Below are positions 9,038 through 17,800 of a stretch of 64,000 nt of DNA, piece by piece. Location of the stretch: positions 5,929-69,928 of the IMG/VR virus record IMGVR_UViG_3300044840_000020. One strand, 5' to 3'. Positions within the stretch are counted from its first letter, which is position 1; every line of letters begins with the position of its first letter. Made by a program: the position numbers and the translations under genes. The stretch is from a virus. Lineage: Duplodnaviria > Caudoviricetes. The notes under the pieces were generated by a model, which was given only the letters and a program-made list of their open reading frames with translations, was not told the origin of the DNA and did no database searches.

Positions 9038-9557
9038 TTTTCGTTGGGAGACGGGTCTAGTAACTCGCTGGTGGTGGAGAACCTGTCGTAACCCGTGGCC
9101 GGGATCGGAGCGGATTCCTCATCCGCTTGCGGAGCGTTACGGACAGCCGGTTCGGGAATTAGCGCGAGGTCGGAATGGGAACGTGCTGTGGGAGTTCTCG
9201 GATGGGTTTCGTACGGTCGCGCCTCGGTACGCGGCGCGTCCGATGTTCGGGATGGCGCTTATTAGGTCGACCCGAGCGCTTGCGTGGGAACTTCGTACGT
9301 ATTGGGCTCGCGGGTGGCGGGTTAGCCTGACGGTCGCGGGGGATGAGGAACGCCTAGAAGGGCACGTAAGCGCTGTTTCGGCTACGGACGCCTTTACGGT
9401 CGTCTCGGGCGTTCATGTGCCGTTAGAGGCCGTCCTGGCGGTCCATAGGCCGTCCCGGCTTGGGGACTCGACGTACGTGGAGGGCGAAGCGTGGCGTGGG
9501 CGTATCCCGGGCGCGGCACGGCGGGATCCCAATCAGTTAGCGATCGACGGCTTGTAG
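9012..9557 (+). CDS. Hypothetical protein
   Basis: 181 aa ORF filling the gap before motif copy 4; start uncertain. Confidence 0.55.
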   Translation: MTGLPLACDFRWETGLVTRWWWRTCRNPWPGSERIPHPLAERYGQPVRELARGRNGNVLWEFSDGFRTVAPRYAARPMFGMALIRSTRALAWELRTYWARGWRVSLTVAGDEERLEGHVSAVSATDAFTVVSGVHVPLEAVLAVHRPSRLGDSTYVEGEAWRGRIPGAARRDPNQLAIDGL

Positions 9558-9565
9558 GTCCGTTC

Positions 9566-9588
9566 GTTATAGTTAGCGATCCCCGAAC
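9566..9588 (+). promoter_or_regulatory. Conserved motif, copy 4
   Basis: GTTATAGTTAGCGATCCCCGAAC upstream of GAGGAGG at 9598. Confidence 0.65.
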
Positions 9589-9612
9589 GCTCCAGCAGAG
9601 GAGGCGATTACT

Positions 9613-10368
9613 TCGTTCGAAAGATTCACAGAGCGTGCCCGTCAGGTAGTTATTCTAACCCAGGAGGAGGCGCGGGTTCTGAAGCATAACTATATCGGGA
9701 CGGAGCATTTGCTCTTAGGACTTCTACGTGAGGAGGAGGGTCTTGCCGGGCGAGTTCTTGAGGATTTTGGTCTGACGGTTCTCGATGTGCGCCGTGAGAT
9801 CGTTCGTATTGTGGGTGAGGGCGAGGAGGTTACGGACGGTCAGATTCCGTTCACGCCGCGAGCGAAGCGGGTACTGGAGTTGGCGTCGCGCGAGGCACTC
9901 AGTCTTGGCCATAACTACATCGGTACGGAGCATGTTTTGCTAGGACTGGTCCGTGACAGCGAGGGGATTGCTGCGCGGATCTTGTTGGAGCGTGATCTTG
10001 ATTCGGAGAAGGTTCGTAACGCGGTGATCAGGATGCTGGCTGGGCCGACGAGGTCTGTTGCTCGGGAGGTTCCGTCGTCTCCGAGGGTCGCGGCGGTTGA
10101 GCGCGTGTTGAGGAACGAGATTGAGGGGTACCGTAAACCGGGAGTGATCTTGGATGCTCGCGTAGTGGCGGAGGCGGTCGTCGCGGCGGTCTCTCGGCTG
10201 GATGACGAGCAGGTCTTGATGAAGGAGGCGAGGGTCAAGGTATTGAGGTTGCTGTTGCGGGAGGCAGAGTCGAGCATTATGGTTTCGTCTGATCGTATGA
10301 GGGATTACGCGTTGGCGTACGAGGCGCTCGTAGGGGCGTTCGCCGTGTTTAGGTCCGAGGAAAGGTGA
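9613..10368 (+). CDS. Stand-alone ClpC N-terminal (double Clp-repeat) domain fused to an unrelated ~80 aa C-terminus; no canonical start codon
   Basis: From 9616 reads FERFTERARQVVILTQEEARVLKHNYIGTEHLLLGLLREEEG...QIPFTPRAKRVLELASREALSLGHNYIGTEHVLLGL; no AAA+ domain; in-frame TAG at 9574. Confidence 0.85.
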   Translation, partial: SFERFTERARQVVILTQEEARVLKHNYIGTEHLLLGLLREEEGLAGRVLEDFGLTVLDVRREIVRIVGEGEEVTDGQIPFTPRAKRVLELASREALSLGHNYIGTEHVLLGLVRDSEGIAARILLERDLDSEKVRNAVIRMLAGPTRSVAREVPSSPRVAAVERVLRNEIEGYRKPGVILDARVVAEAVVAAVSRLDDEQVLMKEARVKVLRLLLREAESSIMVSSDRMRDYALAYEALVGAFAVFRSEER

Positions 10369-10504
10369 GGTAATGGGTTTACCGGGAGAAGGTCGTCGGG
10401 TTCGCGTGACGAAGGTTGATGATCCGGTACGTGTTCCAGAACCCGTTGAGGAGCCGGTTCGGGAGTGCCGTATCCCCGGTGCCCCCGGCGATTCTACGTC
10501 CGCG

Positions 10505-10807
10505 ATGTCCCTTACGACCGAGACGCCGACGTTCATCACGGCGCGCGAGGCGGGGCAGCTCCTGCGCGTCGCGCCGCGGACGATCCGGCGGTGGTCCGAG
10601 CAGGGCCGATTGACGTCGTACCGCCTCGGACCGCGGAGCATGAGGTTCGACGCCGAGGAGATCACGACACTGATCGCGGACTCGGCGGAGGCGCCGACCC
10701 CCAGTCGGGACGTTACTCGAAGGGAATACGTCCCGACGTACCCGTCTTCGAACACGCCCAGACCGTTCCGTTCGAGTCAAGTACACGTTGGAAGCGGGAG
10801 GAAATGA
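10505..10807 (+). CDS. Excisionase/MerR-like HTH DNA-binding protein
   Basis: ITAREAGQLLRVAPRTIRRWSEQGRL..YRLGPRSMRF. Confidence 0.75.
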   Translation: MSLTTETPTFITAREAGQLLRVAPRTIRRWSEQGRLTSYRLGPRSMRFDAEEITTLIADSAEAPTPSRDVTRREYVPTYPSSNTPRPFRSSQVHVGSGRK

Positions 10808-11208
10808 GCGATACGGGGCGTCCTAGGTTCTCGGTCGTTAAGGGTGAGCGGAAGGACGTTCCGATTCGTTCGGAACCAGGAGCGCTTAGAAGGCGTTGCG
10901 TACACGATCACGTTGTTGTTGACTCGGAGGCGCGAACGATTACGTGCGATGATTGTAAGGCGATCGTGGATCCGTACGAGGCTATAGAGCGGATCGCTTA
11001 TTGGGTCCACGAGTATCGTTTTTGGCGGGATCGGTATCGCGATGAGGCGCGTGTTGCGGAGCGCACGGTGAAGGAGTTGAAGCGTGTTGAGGTGAACGTG
11101 AAGGCGCGGGTTCGGACGGCGGCGAGGAAGATTTCGGCGTGTAAGTGTGAGAGTCAGGCTAGTTACGGTCGGTTCTGTCGGGATTGCGGCGGTCGGATCG
11201 AGCGTTAG
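10804..11208 (+). CDS. Hypothetical Cys-rich protein
   Basis: C.H...ITCDDC and C.C...FCRDCG motifs; overlaps previous stop. Confidence 0.6.
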   Translation: MSDTGRPRFSVVKGERKDVPIRSEPGALRRRCVHDHVVVDSEARTITCDDCKAIVDPYEAIERIAYWVHEYRFWRDRYRDEARVAERTVKELKRVEVNVKARVRTAARKISACKCESQASYGRFCRDCGGRIER

Positions 11209-11210
11209 GG

Positions 11211-11429
11211 ATGCCGACGATGGCGGAGTTGCTCGCGCCGATTCGCGTGAGAATCGAGCGGCGTGAGCGTCGTCTTCGGACGGTCGAGGCTCAGCGCGCG
11301 TATCTAAAGGCGTTCGACGCGGCCTTGGAGCGGCGCGATGGGGACTTCGGTCTTTGGCTTGATGAACTAGCGAAGGATCTAAGGCTGAGTGGTGGCGAGG
11401 ATCATTCGGGTCCTGCTCGTAAGCGCTAG
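11211..11429 (+). CDS. Hypothetical protein
   Basis: ATG 2 nt after previous stop; coiled-coil-like. Confidence 0.5.
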   Translation: MPTMAELLAPIRVRIERRERRLRTVEAQRAYLKAFDAALERRDGDFGLWLDELAKDLRLSGGEDHSGPARKR

Positions 11430-11467
11430 CGAGGCCCGAGCGATGCTCGGCCGAAAGGAGTAAACGT

Positions 11468-12154
11468 ATGGCTACCGAAGCGAAGAAGGCGACTCGTCGG
11501 AAGGCGAAGATCCGTCCCGCAGTCTATGTGACATTAGGTATGTTCGACACGCGAACCCCGTTGTATCGCGTCGCCCGGGAGGGAGTTCCGATCAGCGAGT
11601 TTCGGCCGCTGACGCTGGGCGACTACTGTCCGTCTGGTGGGACGCCGCTTCGTGACGCGACGGCCCGTATGATCGGTTATCTCGACAGTCTCCGCGCGAA
11701 TGATCGCGTCACGATCGGCCTGTTGCTAGATGAGTCGGGTTCGATGGGCGGGAATGAACAGTCCGTGATCGAGGGTGTCAACCAGTTCGTAGATGGGATG
11801 CGAGCCGCGGTCGATCCTGAGGCGGCGGGAAAGGTCTTGGCGGTCGTCGTCACGGACGGGTATGAGAACTCGTCCAGCGAGGTTGATCAGGCGACGCTCG
11901 CGAAGATGGTCGCGGAGCGGGAGGCTGATGGTTGGACGTTCATTTTCCTTGGGGCGAACATCGATGCGTGGGCTCAGGGTCAGGCGATGGGGTTCTCGGT
12001 GACGGGACAGTCCGTGAACTACGTCTCGACGCCGGTCTGGGTCTATCCGATCATCCCGGTTCTGCCGTATCCGTGCTCTCAGCCTGTACGTCCGATTCTA
12101 AGTACGGTCGGAACAGCGATCTCCCAGGCGCGTGAGGCGATCAGTTCGCGGTAA
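11468..12154 (+). CDS. vWA-domain protein with internally swapped segment order
   Basis: MIDAS LLLDESGSM, GGTPLRDA and VVTDGYENSS present, but TPL block precedes DxSxS block. Confidence 0.75.
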   Translation: MATEAKKATRRKAKIRPAVYVTLGMFDTRTPLYRVAREGVPISEFRPLTLGDYCPSGGTPLRDATARMIGYLDSLRANDRVTIGLLLDESGSMGGNEQSVIEGVNQFVDGMRAAVDPEAAGKVLAVVVTDGYENSSSEVDQATLAKMVAEREADGWTFIFLGANIDAWAQGQAMGFSVTGQSVNYVSTPVWVYPIIPVLPYPCSQPVRPILSTVGTAISQAREAISSR

Positions 12155-12184
12155 ACTACCCGGGATGGCGTCCCAGCCCCGTAC

Positions 12185-12916
12185 ATGATCTTCAGCGTCG
12201 TTCAGGTCGCGGGCGTCCAGCAACGTAAGGTCACGTGCGCGGTTGTTCCCCGCTCGGACTGCCCGAAGGTCAAGCGTCACGCCAGCGGATGGGTCGAGAT
12301 CGTTCACCCCGTCCGCTCCGTCACCTGCGAGTACGTCGAGCGGGACGGGGATGGGGACCCGACCGGGAAGATCCTTCAACGCCGGCTTCCGTGGGTGATC
12401 ACGGTCACGAGGATCGAACCGAAGGTCTGGGTGGATGAGATTAACGAGAAGACCGCCCGCGAGTGTGGGTACGGATCACCCGCCGCGCTACGAGCGGAGT
12501 GGGGCCGGCGACATCGTCATCAGGATCTCGCGTCGTTAGTTCGGTTCGAACTGGGGGATACGCGGGACAGGTCGCTATACATGACCTCATCGGATTTCTA
12601 TCGTTGGGATATCGGGGACGGTCACGGTGGGACGGGCGATTATACGTCCAGCCCTACCCGATCCCTGGACGGCGCGCCAGTCCTGACCGGCGAGGAGTAC
12701 GAGACGCTCGGGGTAGCAGCACGGCAACGCGATCAGCGTCGTCGAGCTGACGCTGCGAAACGGATCGGGACCGAGACGCTCGCTCAACGCGTCGCCCGCC
12801 TGGAGGACGTCAAGAACGGGGCGTTAGCCGACGACGTACGACAAGAACTACGTATCATCGAGCAGCGAACCTTACGAGCAGAACGTAAGGTTCTCGCGGA
12901 TAGTTCTGGCGAATAA
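12185..12916 (+). CDS. Hypothetical protein, possible ASCH/PUA-like domain
   Basis: ITVTRIE...VDEINEKTARECGY.S.AAL..EW resembles the ASCH C-terminal pattern. Confidence 0.45.
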   Translation: MIFSVVQVAGVQQRKVTCAVVPRSDCPKVKRHASGWVEIVHPVRSVTCEYVERDGDGDPTGKILQRRLPWVITVTRIEPKVWVDEINEKTARECGYGSPAALRAEWGRRHRHQDLASLVRFELGDTRDRSLYMTSSDFYRWDIGDGHGGTGDYTSSPTRSLDGAPVLTGEEYETLGVAARQRDQRRRADAAKRIGTETLAQRVARLEDVKNGALADDVRQELRIIEQRTLRAERKVLADSSGE

Positions 12917-13066
12917 ATCCGCGACGCGACGCGCGAGGATATTTTCGCGCTTCCGAACCCGCCGCGTTCTACGCTACTATCCGCCTTATCTCGTCGTAGT
13001 TGCCTTTGGGGCGACTGGTCTAGGCGGAGGCCCAGGACTTGGGGTCCCCGTACGGAGGTTCCCGAA

Positions 13067-13249
13067 TTGACTCTAAGCCAGCGGATCGATCGGCTGGAGG
13101 CGTTTGCGAGTACAGGCCGGTTAGCGGGACGTGACCTAGAGGTCATCCAGACCCAGGTCGCTCGCGCGGAAGCGAAGCTTCTAACCGTCGCTCAGACGTG
13201 CTCTTGGACGCGATCATCGCTCGGGCTCGTTAAGATCATCGATCCGTAG
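13067..13249 (+). CDS. Hypothetical protein
   Basis: 60 aa helical ORF, TTG start after GGAGG. Confidence 0.45.
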   Translation: MTLSQRIDRLEAFASTGRLAGRDLEVIQTQVARAEAKLLTVAQTCSWTRSSLGLVKIIDP

Positions 13250-13256
13250 GCTGAAC

Positions 13257-13556
13257 GTGAGCGGACCGAACGTCCTGACCCAAATAGGACTGGGATCCTC
13301 GGACTGGGCGGGACGTAACCGCCCATCCGCAGGCGAACACTCTGGGACCTCCACGCTCCTGATGCGAGATGGGACCTCGTTCTCGGTCGCTCACGGCGGA
13401 ACGGAGGTACGCAGGAAACTAGACGTACATGCGATCTCGCCTCTTGCCCCAGGATCAACCGTCTGGGTAGCGTTCGACCAAGCGGGGCCGATCGCCTCGA
13501 CCGTAGTCCTGAACGCGGGGAACGTAGCGACGATCAACGGACGCTCCTACCCGTAG
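13257..13556 (+). CDS. Hypothetical protein
   Basis: 99 aa ORF in operon arrangement. Confidence 0.5.
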   Translation: MSGPNVLTQIGLGSSDWAGRNRPSAGEHSGTSTLLMRDGTSFSVAHGGTEVRRKLDVHAISPLAPGSTVWVAFDQAGPIASTVVLNAGNVATINGRSYP

Positions 13557-13559
13557 GCC

Positions 13560-13800
13560 AGGCGGGGCGGGACCTACCCAACCCATCCTCTTACCCGTAG
13601 GCCCCCGAGACACTCCCTAAGCCCTCCTACGCCTCACGACCTACCTAGGGCCTACCCGAACCGCTCCAACCCGCTCGAACAGCCACACAACCCGCGACAC
13701 CCAGCCCAGACAGCCACCAGACAAACCGGCGCCCAGGGTGAAACCCTCACGCCATCCAACGACCGCCTTGCAGTCGTTGTTTTCTCTCTCCGTGGTTAGA
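13560..13800. other. Non-coding C/A-rich tract ending at abrupt switch to G/T-rich sequence; candidate packaging/terminus or late-control region
   Basis: Local reversal of strand bias directly upstream of HNH-terminase genes. Confidence 0.35.
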
Positions 13801-13810
13801 ATCGGTTGGG

Positions 13811-14110
13811 ATGGCTTCTACGGTTCAGCGGGGTTACGGGGTGGCTCATAGGCGGGAGCGGGATCGGGTTGCTCGTTTGGTTGAGTCGGGTGGCGCGTTT
13901 TGTGCGCGTTGTGGGCGTCCGATTGATCCGGGTAGTCGTTGGGATCTTGGTCATGATGATTTTGATCGTTCGGTTTGGACTGGGCCGGAGCATGAGCGGT
14001 GTAATCGGCGAGCGGGTGGCCGGCGTGGGGGGCTTGTTGCGGCGGCGCGGCGTCGGGGTTCTTCGTTGGGTGATCGGGAGGTTGAGGGGTGGTCGAGGGA
14101 GTGGATTTAG
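13811..14110 (+). CDS. Packaging-associated HNH endonuclease
   Basis: QRGYG..H..R, CARCGRPI, WDLGHDD, PEHERCNR; immediately before terminase. Confidence 0.8.
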   Translation: MASTVQRGYGVAHRRERDRVARLVESGGAFCARCGRPIDPGSRWDLGHDDFDRSVWTGPEHERCNRRAGGRRGGLVAAARRRGSSLGDREVEGWSREWI

Positions 14111-14511
14111 GGTGGGAGGAGTTTGATCGTTGGGTTGATGGTCTTCCTGTTCGGGTTGCTCGTGCGGAGTTGAAGGCGGAGGCGCGTCGTTGGGCGGAGG
14201 ATTCCGTTTGTGCCATACCGGTTGAGTTGGCGGTTTCGGTTGAGGCTGGGGTTCGGGGGGATCTTCGGGAGATGGAGGTTCGTTTGCCGGGGGTTGCTTC
14301 TTCGGGTTTGGCGATGTCAGCGCTTCGGGTTGCGCGGGCGATGGATGAGCGGGGGTTGTCTGCGACGTCGACCGCGTCGTGTGCTCGGTCGTTGTTGGAC
14401 ACGATGGAGCGGTTGAGTGATCGGCTCCCAGCGGATGGGTCTAGGAGGTCTCGACTTGACGAGCTTGGCGCTCGACGTAACGCCCGACGTTCTGGGGCAT
14501 CAGTTACCTAG
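14089..14511 (+). CDS. terS: Terminase small subunit (putative)
   Basis: Position; helical; C-terminal SRLDELGARRNAR typical of actinophage TerS. Confidence 0.65.
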   Translation: MVEGVDLGWEEFDRWVDGLPVRVARAELKAEARRWAEDSVCAIPVELAVSVEAGVRGDLREMEVRLPGVASSGLAMSALRVARAMDERGLSATSTASCARSLLDTMERLSDRLPADGSRRSRLDELGARRNARRSGASVT

Positions 14512-15997
14512 GATTTGTCATGTTCCGGCGTCTGTTTCGTCGGCGGGGGCGGAGGCGGTTGAGTTGGCGGCGCTTGCGGGTTTGGAGCTTGATCCGTGGG
14601 AGGAGTTTGTGTTGACGTCGTCGTTGGGGGAGCGTAAGGACGGGAAGTGGGCGGCGTTTCAGGTTGGGTTGTGTGTGCCGCGGCAGAATGGTAAGTCGCT
14701 TGTGCTTGCGGCTCGGGAGCTGGCGGGCTTGTTCTTGCTGGGTGAGCGCGAGATCATGCATACGGCTCATCTGTTCAAGACGTCGTTGAACCAGTTCAAG
14801 TATTTGTTGTATTTGATTGAGTCGACCCCGGAGTTTGATCGGAAGGTCGCGAAGGTTTCTCGTTCTCATGGGGAGGAGGGGATCACGCTTCGGAATGGTC
14901 AGGCGATCGGGTTCGCTACTAGGACTGCGGGTGGGGGGCGTGGTTTGACGGGCGATTTGGTTGTGCTTGATGAGGCGTTTGAGATTAGCGAGGCGACGGC
15001 GGAGGCGTTGTTTCCGACGATGGCGGCGCGGTCCGTGAAGGGTAGTCCTCAGGTTTGGTTTGCGGGGTCGGCGGTTGACGAGGAGATTCATCAGCATGGC
15101 GCGGTGTTTTCGCGGGTTCGTCATCGCGGGATGACGCAGCGTCCGGATCGGTTGATGTATTGCGAGTGGTCGATTGACGCGGATGAGTTTGAGCTTCACC
15201 CTGAGATGATTGATGATCCGCGGGTATGGGCGGTCGCGAATCCTGGTCAGGGGATCAGGATTTCGGAGGAGTTCATCGTGGAGGAGCGCGAGGCGTTGAC
15301 CGAGCGCGGGTTCGCTCGGGAGCGATTGGGGATCGGTCATTGGTTGACCCCGACGAAGGGTGACGCGGTGATCTCGGCGGAGGGCTGGGCGGCGTGCGTG
15401 GACGAGTCGGCGGTTCCGGGTGATCCAGTCGTGTTCGCGTTTGATGTTTCCCCGGATCGTTCGCGGGCCGCGATCGGGGTTGCGGGTCGGGACGAGAGTG
15501 GTCTGATCGTGGTTGAGGTAATCAGGCGGGGTCGTGGGACGGGGTGGATCGCCGCGGATCTCGATGCGTTACTCGCGAAGCATCGTCGGTCGGTCGTTGT
15601 TTGTGATGCGATCGGTCCTGCGGGGGCGGTTGTCGGTCAGTTGGAGCATTTGCAGCGGTCGAAGCGGTTCGTTCTGATGACGGGCGCGGATTACGCGGCT
15701 AGCTGTGGCGCGTTCTATGACGCGGTTGAGAATCGGACGATGCGTCATCGTGGTACGGCGGCGTTGTCGGTCGCGGTCGCTGGCGCTAAGAAGCGGGCGC
15801 TCGGCGAGAAGTGGGCGTGGGGTCGGATCAAGTCGGAGACGGATGTAACGCCGTTAGTGGCGACTACGCTTGCCCTGGGGTACCTTCAGTCGGTTCGTCG
15901 AGGGGTTGCTCAGGTGATCAACCCGATGGACGTGATTCGGGTGGATCGCGGCGGGGAGCCCTACGATTTCTCGGCGCTCCCGGAGTGGGTTCGGTGA
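14417..15997 (+). CDS. terL: Terminase large subunit (true start probably ~14465)
   Basis: VPRQNGKS Walker A, LVVLDEA Walker B, ANPG, FARERLG, AFDVSPDR, DVTPLVA nuclease motifs. Confidence 0.92.
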   Translation: MIGSQRMGLGGLDLTSLALDVTPDVLGHQLPRICHVPASVSSAGAEAVELAALAGLELDPWEEFVLTSSLGERKDGKWAAFQVGLCVPRQNGKSLVLAARELAGLFLLGEREIMHTAHLFKTSLNQFKYLLYLIESTPEFDRKVAKVSRSHGEEGITLRNGQAIGFATRTAGGGRGLTGDLVVLDEAFEISEATAEALFPTMAARSVKGSPQVWFAGSAVDEEIHQHGAVFSRVRHRGMTQRPDRLMYCEWSIDADEFELHPEMIDDPRVWAVANPGQGIRISEEFIVEEREALTERGFARERLGIGHWLTPTKGDAVISAEGWAACVDESAVPGDPVVFAFDVSPDRSRAAIGVAGRDESGLIVVEVIRRGRGTGWIAADLDALLAKHRRSVVVCDAIGPAGAVVGQLEHLQRSKRFVLMTGADYAASCGAFYDAVENRTMRHRGTAALSVAVAGAKKRALGEKWAWGRIKSETDVTPLVATTLALGYLQSVRRGVAQVINPMDVIRVDRGGEPYDFSALPEWVR

Positions 15998-16236
15998 CGT
16001 TGATCGTGATCGATACGGTTTATGAGGATGCGCTGGAGCGGTTCGTGAAGGCGCGGGTTGGGGTTGAGATCGTTCGGGATCCTCGCGATGAACTTGGCGA
16101 GGTTCCGTTCTACGATCCTAATGGGAACGTGTTGTTGAGCTGTACGGCGGGGGTTGATGCTCGGGCGGTCGCGGATGAGTTACAGCGGCAGCAGCGGACG
16201 ATGCTTGTTGTCGTTTCGGTCGGGGAGCGGGACTAA
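15994..16236 (+). CDS. Hypothetical protein
   Basis: GTGA overlap with terL stop. Confidence 0.5.
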   Translation: MTLIVIDTVYEDALERFVKARVGVEIVRDPRDELGEVPFYDPNGNVLLSCTAGVDARAVADELQRQQRTMLVVVSVGERD

Positions 16237-16302
16237 GTTCGATTAGGGGATCGGCGCAGTCTCGGCAAGGTATTTGGTCTGGTAGGTCTCGACATAGCGT
16301 GA

Positions 16303-16671
16303 GTGAAGGGAGGGGCGATGACCCCTAGTAAGGATTCTGAGGCTGTTTCCGACTTGGAGACGCTCGATACGCCTGAATCTACGTCCGAGACTGTTGGAGG
16401 GTCGGAGGTGGTCGCGGAGACGGTCGTAGAGCCTGTCCTGGGGAGTGTTCGGGATAAGGAGAGCGACGTTGTCCCCGTTGGCGCTCCGATCCTGGAGACG
16501 CCCGAGTCCCCGCTCGCTCCACCCCGTTATGTTCCGGCTCACGCGCCGGTCACGTTCGAGACGCCAGAGAGTCCCGCTCCACAGCCATACCGTCCTGATG
16601 GGACGATCGAACCAGGGGGCCTACGACTACAGCGCTTCGTGTATTCGCTGTCGCCGCGAGATGCGAGTTAA
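16303..16671 (+). CDS. Acidic Pro-rich hypothetical protein
   Basis: Repeated ETPESP motif; RBS GGAGG before ATG 16318. Confidence 0.5.
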   Translation: MKGGAMTPSKDSEAVSDLETLDTPESTSETVGGSEVVAETVVEPVLGSVRDKESDVVPVGAPILETPESPLAPPRYVPAHAPVTFETPESPAPQPYRPDGTIEPGGLRLQRFVYSLSPRDAS

Positions 16672-16699
16672 TGGGCTCCCCGATCATCATCGCGGCTGT

Positions 16700-17347
16700 A
16701 TGACTAGACCCCGTATTGGACTGGAACTACAACAGTTACATGAGAAAGGAGCGAGTCTTCGCTCGCTCGCCGTTACATACTCTCTTGGCCGTAAGGTCGT
16801 CCGTAATCTAATTCTCCAAGCTGGAGGAACTATTCAGCCGTCGGGATGGGACGATGCCGCACGACGTAGCGGCTTTGCCGCTCGCGCCGTTAACTTTGTA
16901 ACGGGTGACTGCTCAATCCCCGGTTGCGATCAGGCTGCTATAGGTAAGCATGGGTGGTGCGACCGCCACTACCGTCGCTGGCTACATCATGGAGATCCGA
17001 CATGGACCGCAGTTCGTCCCGAACTCCCTAGTAGTCGATACGTCTCGCGCAAATTTCCTGGACATCCCCTCGCGAACCCTCGCACGGGTCGCGCGTACGT
17101 TCATCGCGTCGTTCTGTTCGACTGCTGCGGGGACGGTCGAGTTCCATGCTTTTGGTGTGCGCGACCCCTTCGGTGGAAGATCGATCGGCGATCCCCTGAT
17201 GCCGTAGTAGTCGATCACCTGGATCACGATCGCCATAACAATGATCCGACCAATCTTGTCCCAGCCTGTAACTCTTGTAATGGCGCGCGTAATCGTCGCC
17301 GTAAGCAACCTCCGCTTGTCTCTATCTACTCAGCGGGAGGTACCTGA
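16700..17347 (+). CDS. Free-standing HNH (homing-type) endonuclease with N-terminal HTH and Cys/His finger
   Basis: CSIPGC...CDRHYRRW, YVHRVV, CFWC, VVDHLDHDRHNNDPTNLVPACNSCN; atypical codon usage. Confidence 0.8.
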   Translation: MTRPRIGLELQQLHEKGASLRSLAVTYSLGRKVVRNLILQAGGTIQPSGWDDAARRSGFAARAVNFVTGDCSIPGCDQAAIGKHGWCDRHYRRWLHHGDPTWTAVRPELPSSRYVSRKFPGHPLANPRTGRAYVHRVVLFDCCGDGRVPCFWCARPLRWKIDRRSPDAVVVDHLDHDRHNNDPTNLVPACNSCNGARNRRRKQPPLVSIYSAGGT

Positions 17348-17541
17348 TGCATTCCGCGACTACTGCGATCTTGCGCTACTTCGCTTACGAGCACTTGCCG
17401 GCGCATCTTCAGGAGATCAGTAGCCAGTTCCATGATCTCGCTCACGACATGGTGGGCCGGCTGCCTGAGGGACCGGAGACGACGGTCTGTCTACGCAAGC
17501 TCCTCGAAGCGAAAGATTGCGCCGTGAGGGCGGTCCTCTGA
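17347..17541 (+). CDS. Conserved 64 aa helical-hairpin phage protein
   Basis: F.YEHLP.HLQ..S..F..LA......LP.GPE..V.LRKLLEAKDCAVRA pattern. Confidence 0.75.
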   Translation: MHSATTAILRYFAYEHLPAHLQEISSQFHDLAHDMVGRLPEGPETTVCLRKLLEAKDCAVRAVL

Positions 17542-17542
17542 G

Positions 17543-17797
17543 ATGTACTCAACGTTGATCGAGGTCATCGGTCTAGCCTGCCTGGTCGTGATGGCTGCTC
17601 TACTTGGGGGCGCTCCCGCAGCGTTCGGGACGGCCGGGATCTCCCTTCTGTTCGTAGGGGCGTCTACGGATGATTCGGCGCTTGGGAGGAACGTGAAGCG
17701 GGTTGCGGTTCTTCCGTTGCGCGGGGTTCTGTCGGTTCGGCGTTCGTGGCGGTCTCGGGGCGCTCGGAAGTTGATCTCCTCCTTGTCGGAGGAGTAG
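17543..17797 (+). CDS. Small membrane protein upstream of portal
   Basis: Two hydrophobic segments, basic C-terminus. Confidence 0.6.
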   Translation: MYSTLIEVIGLACLVVMAALLGGAPAAFGTAGISLLFVGASTDDSALGRNVKRVAVLPLRGVLSVRRSWRSRGARKLISSLSEE

Positions 17798-17800
17798 CGC

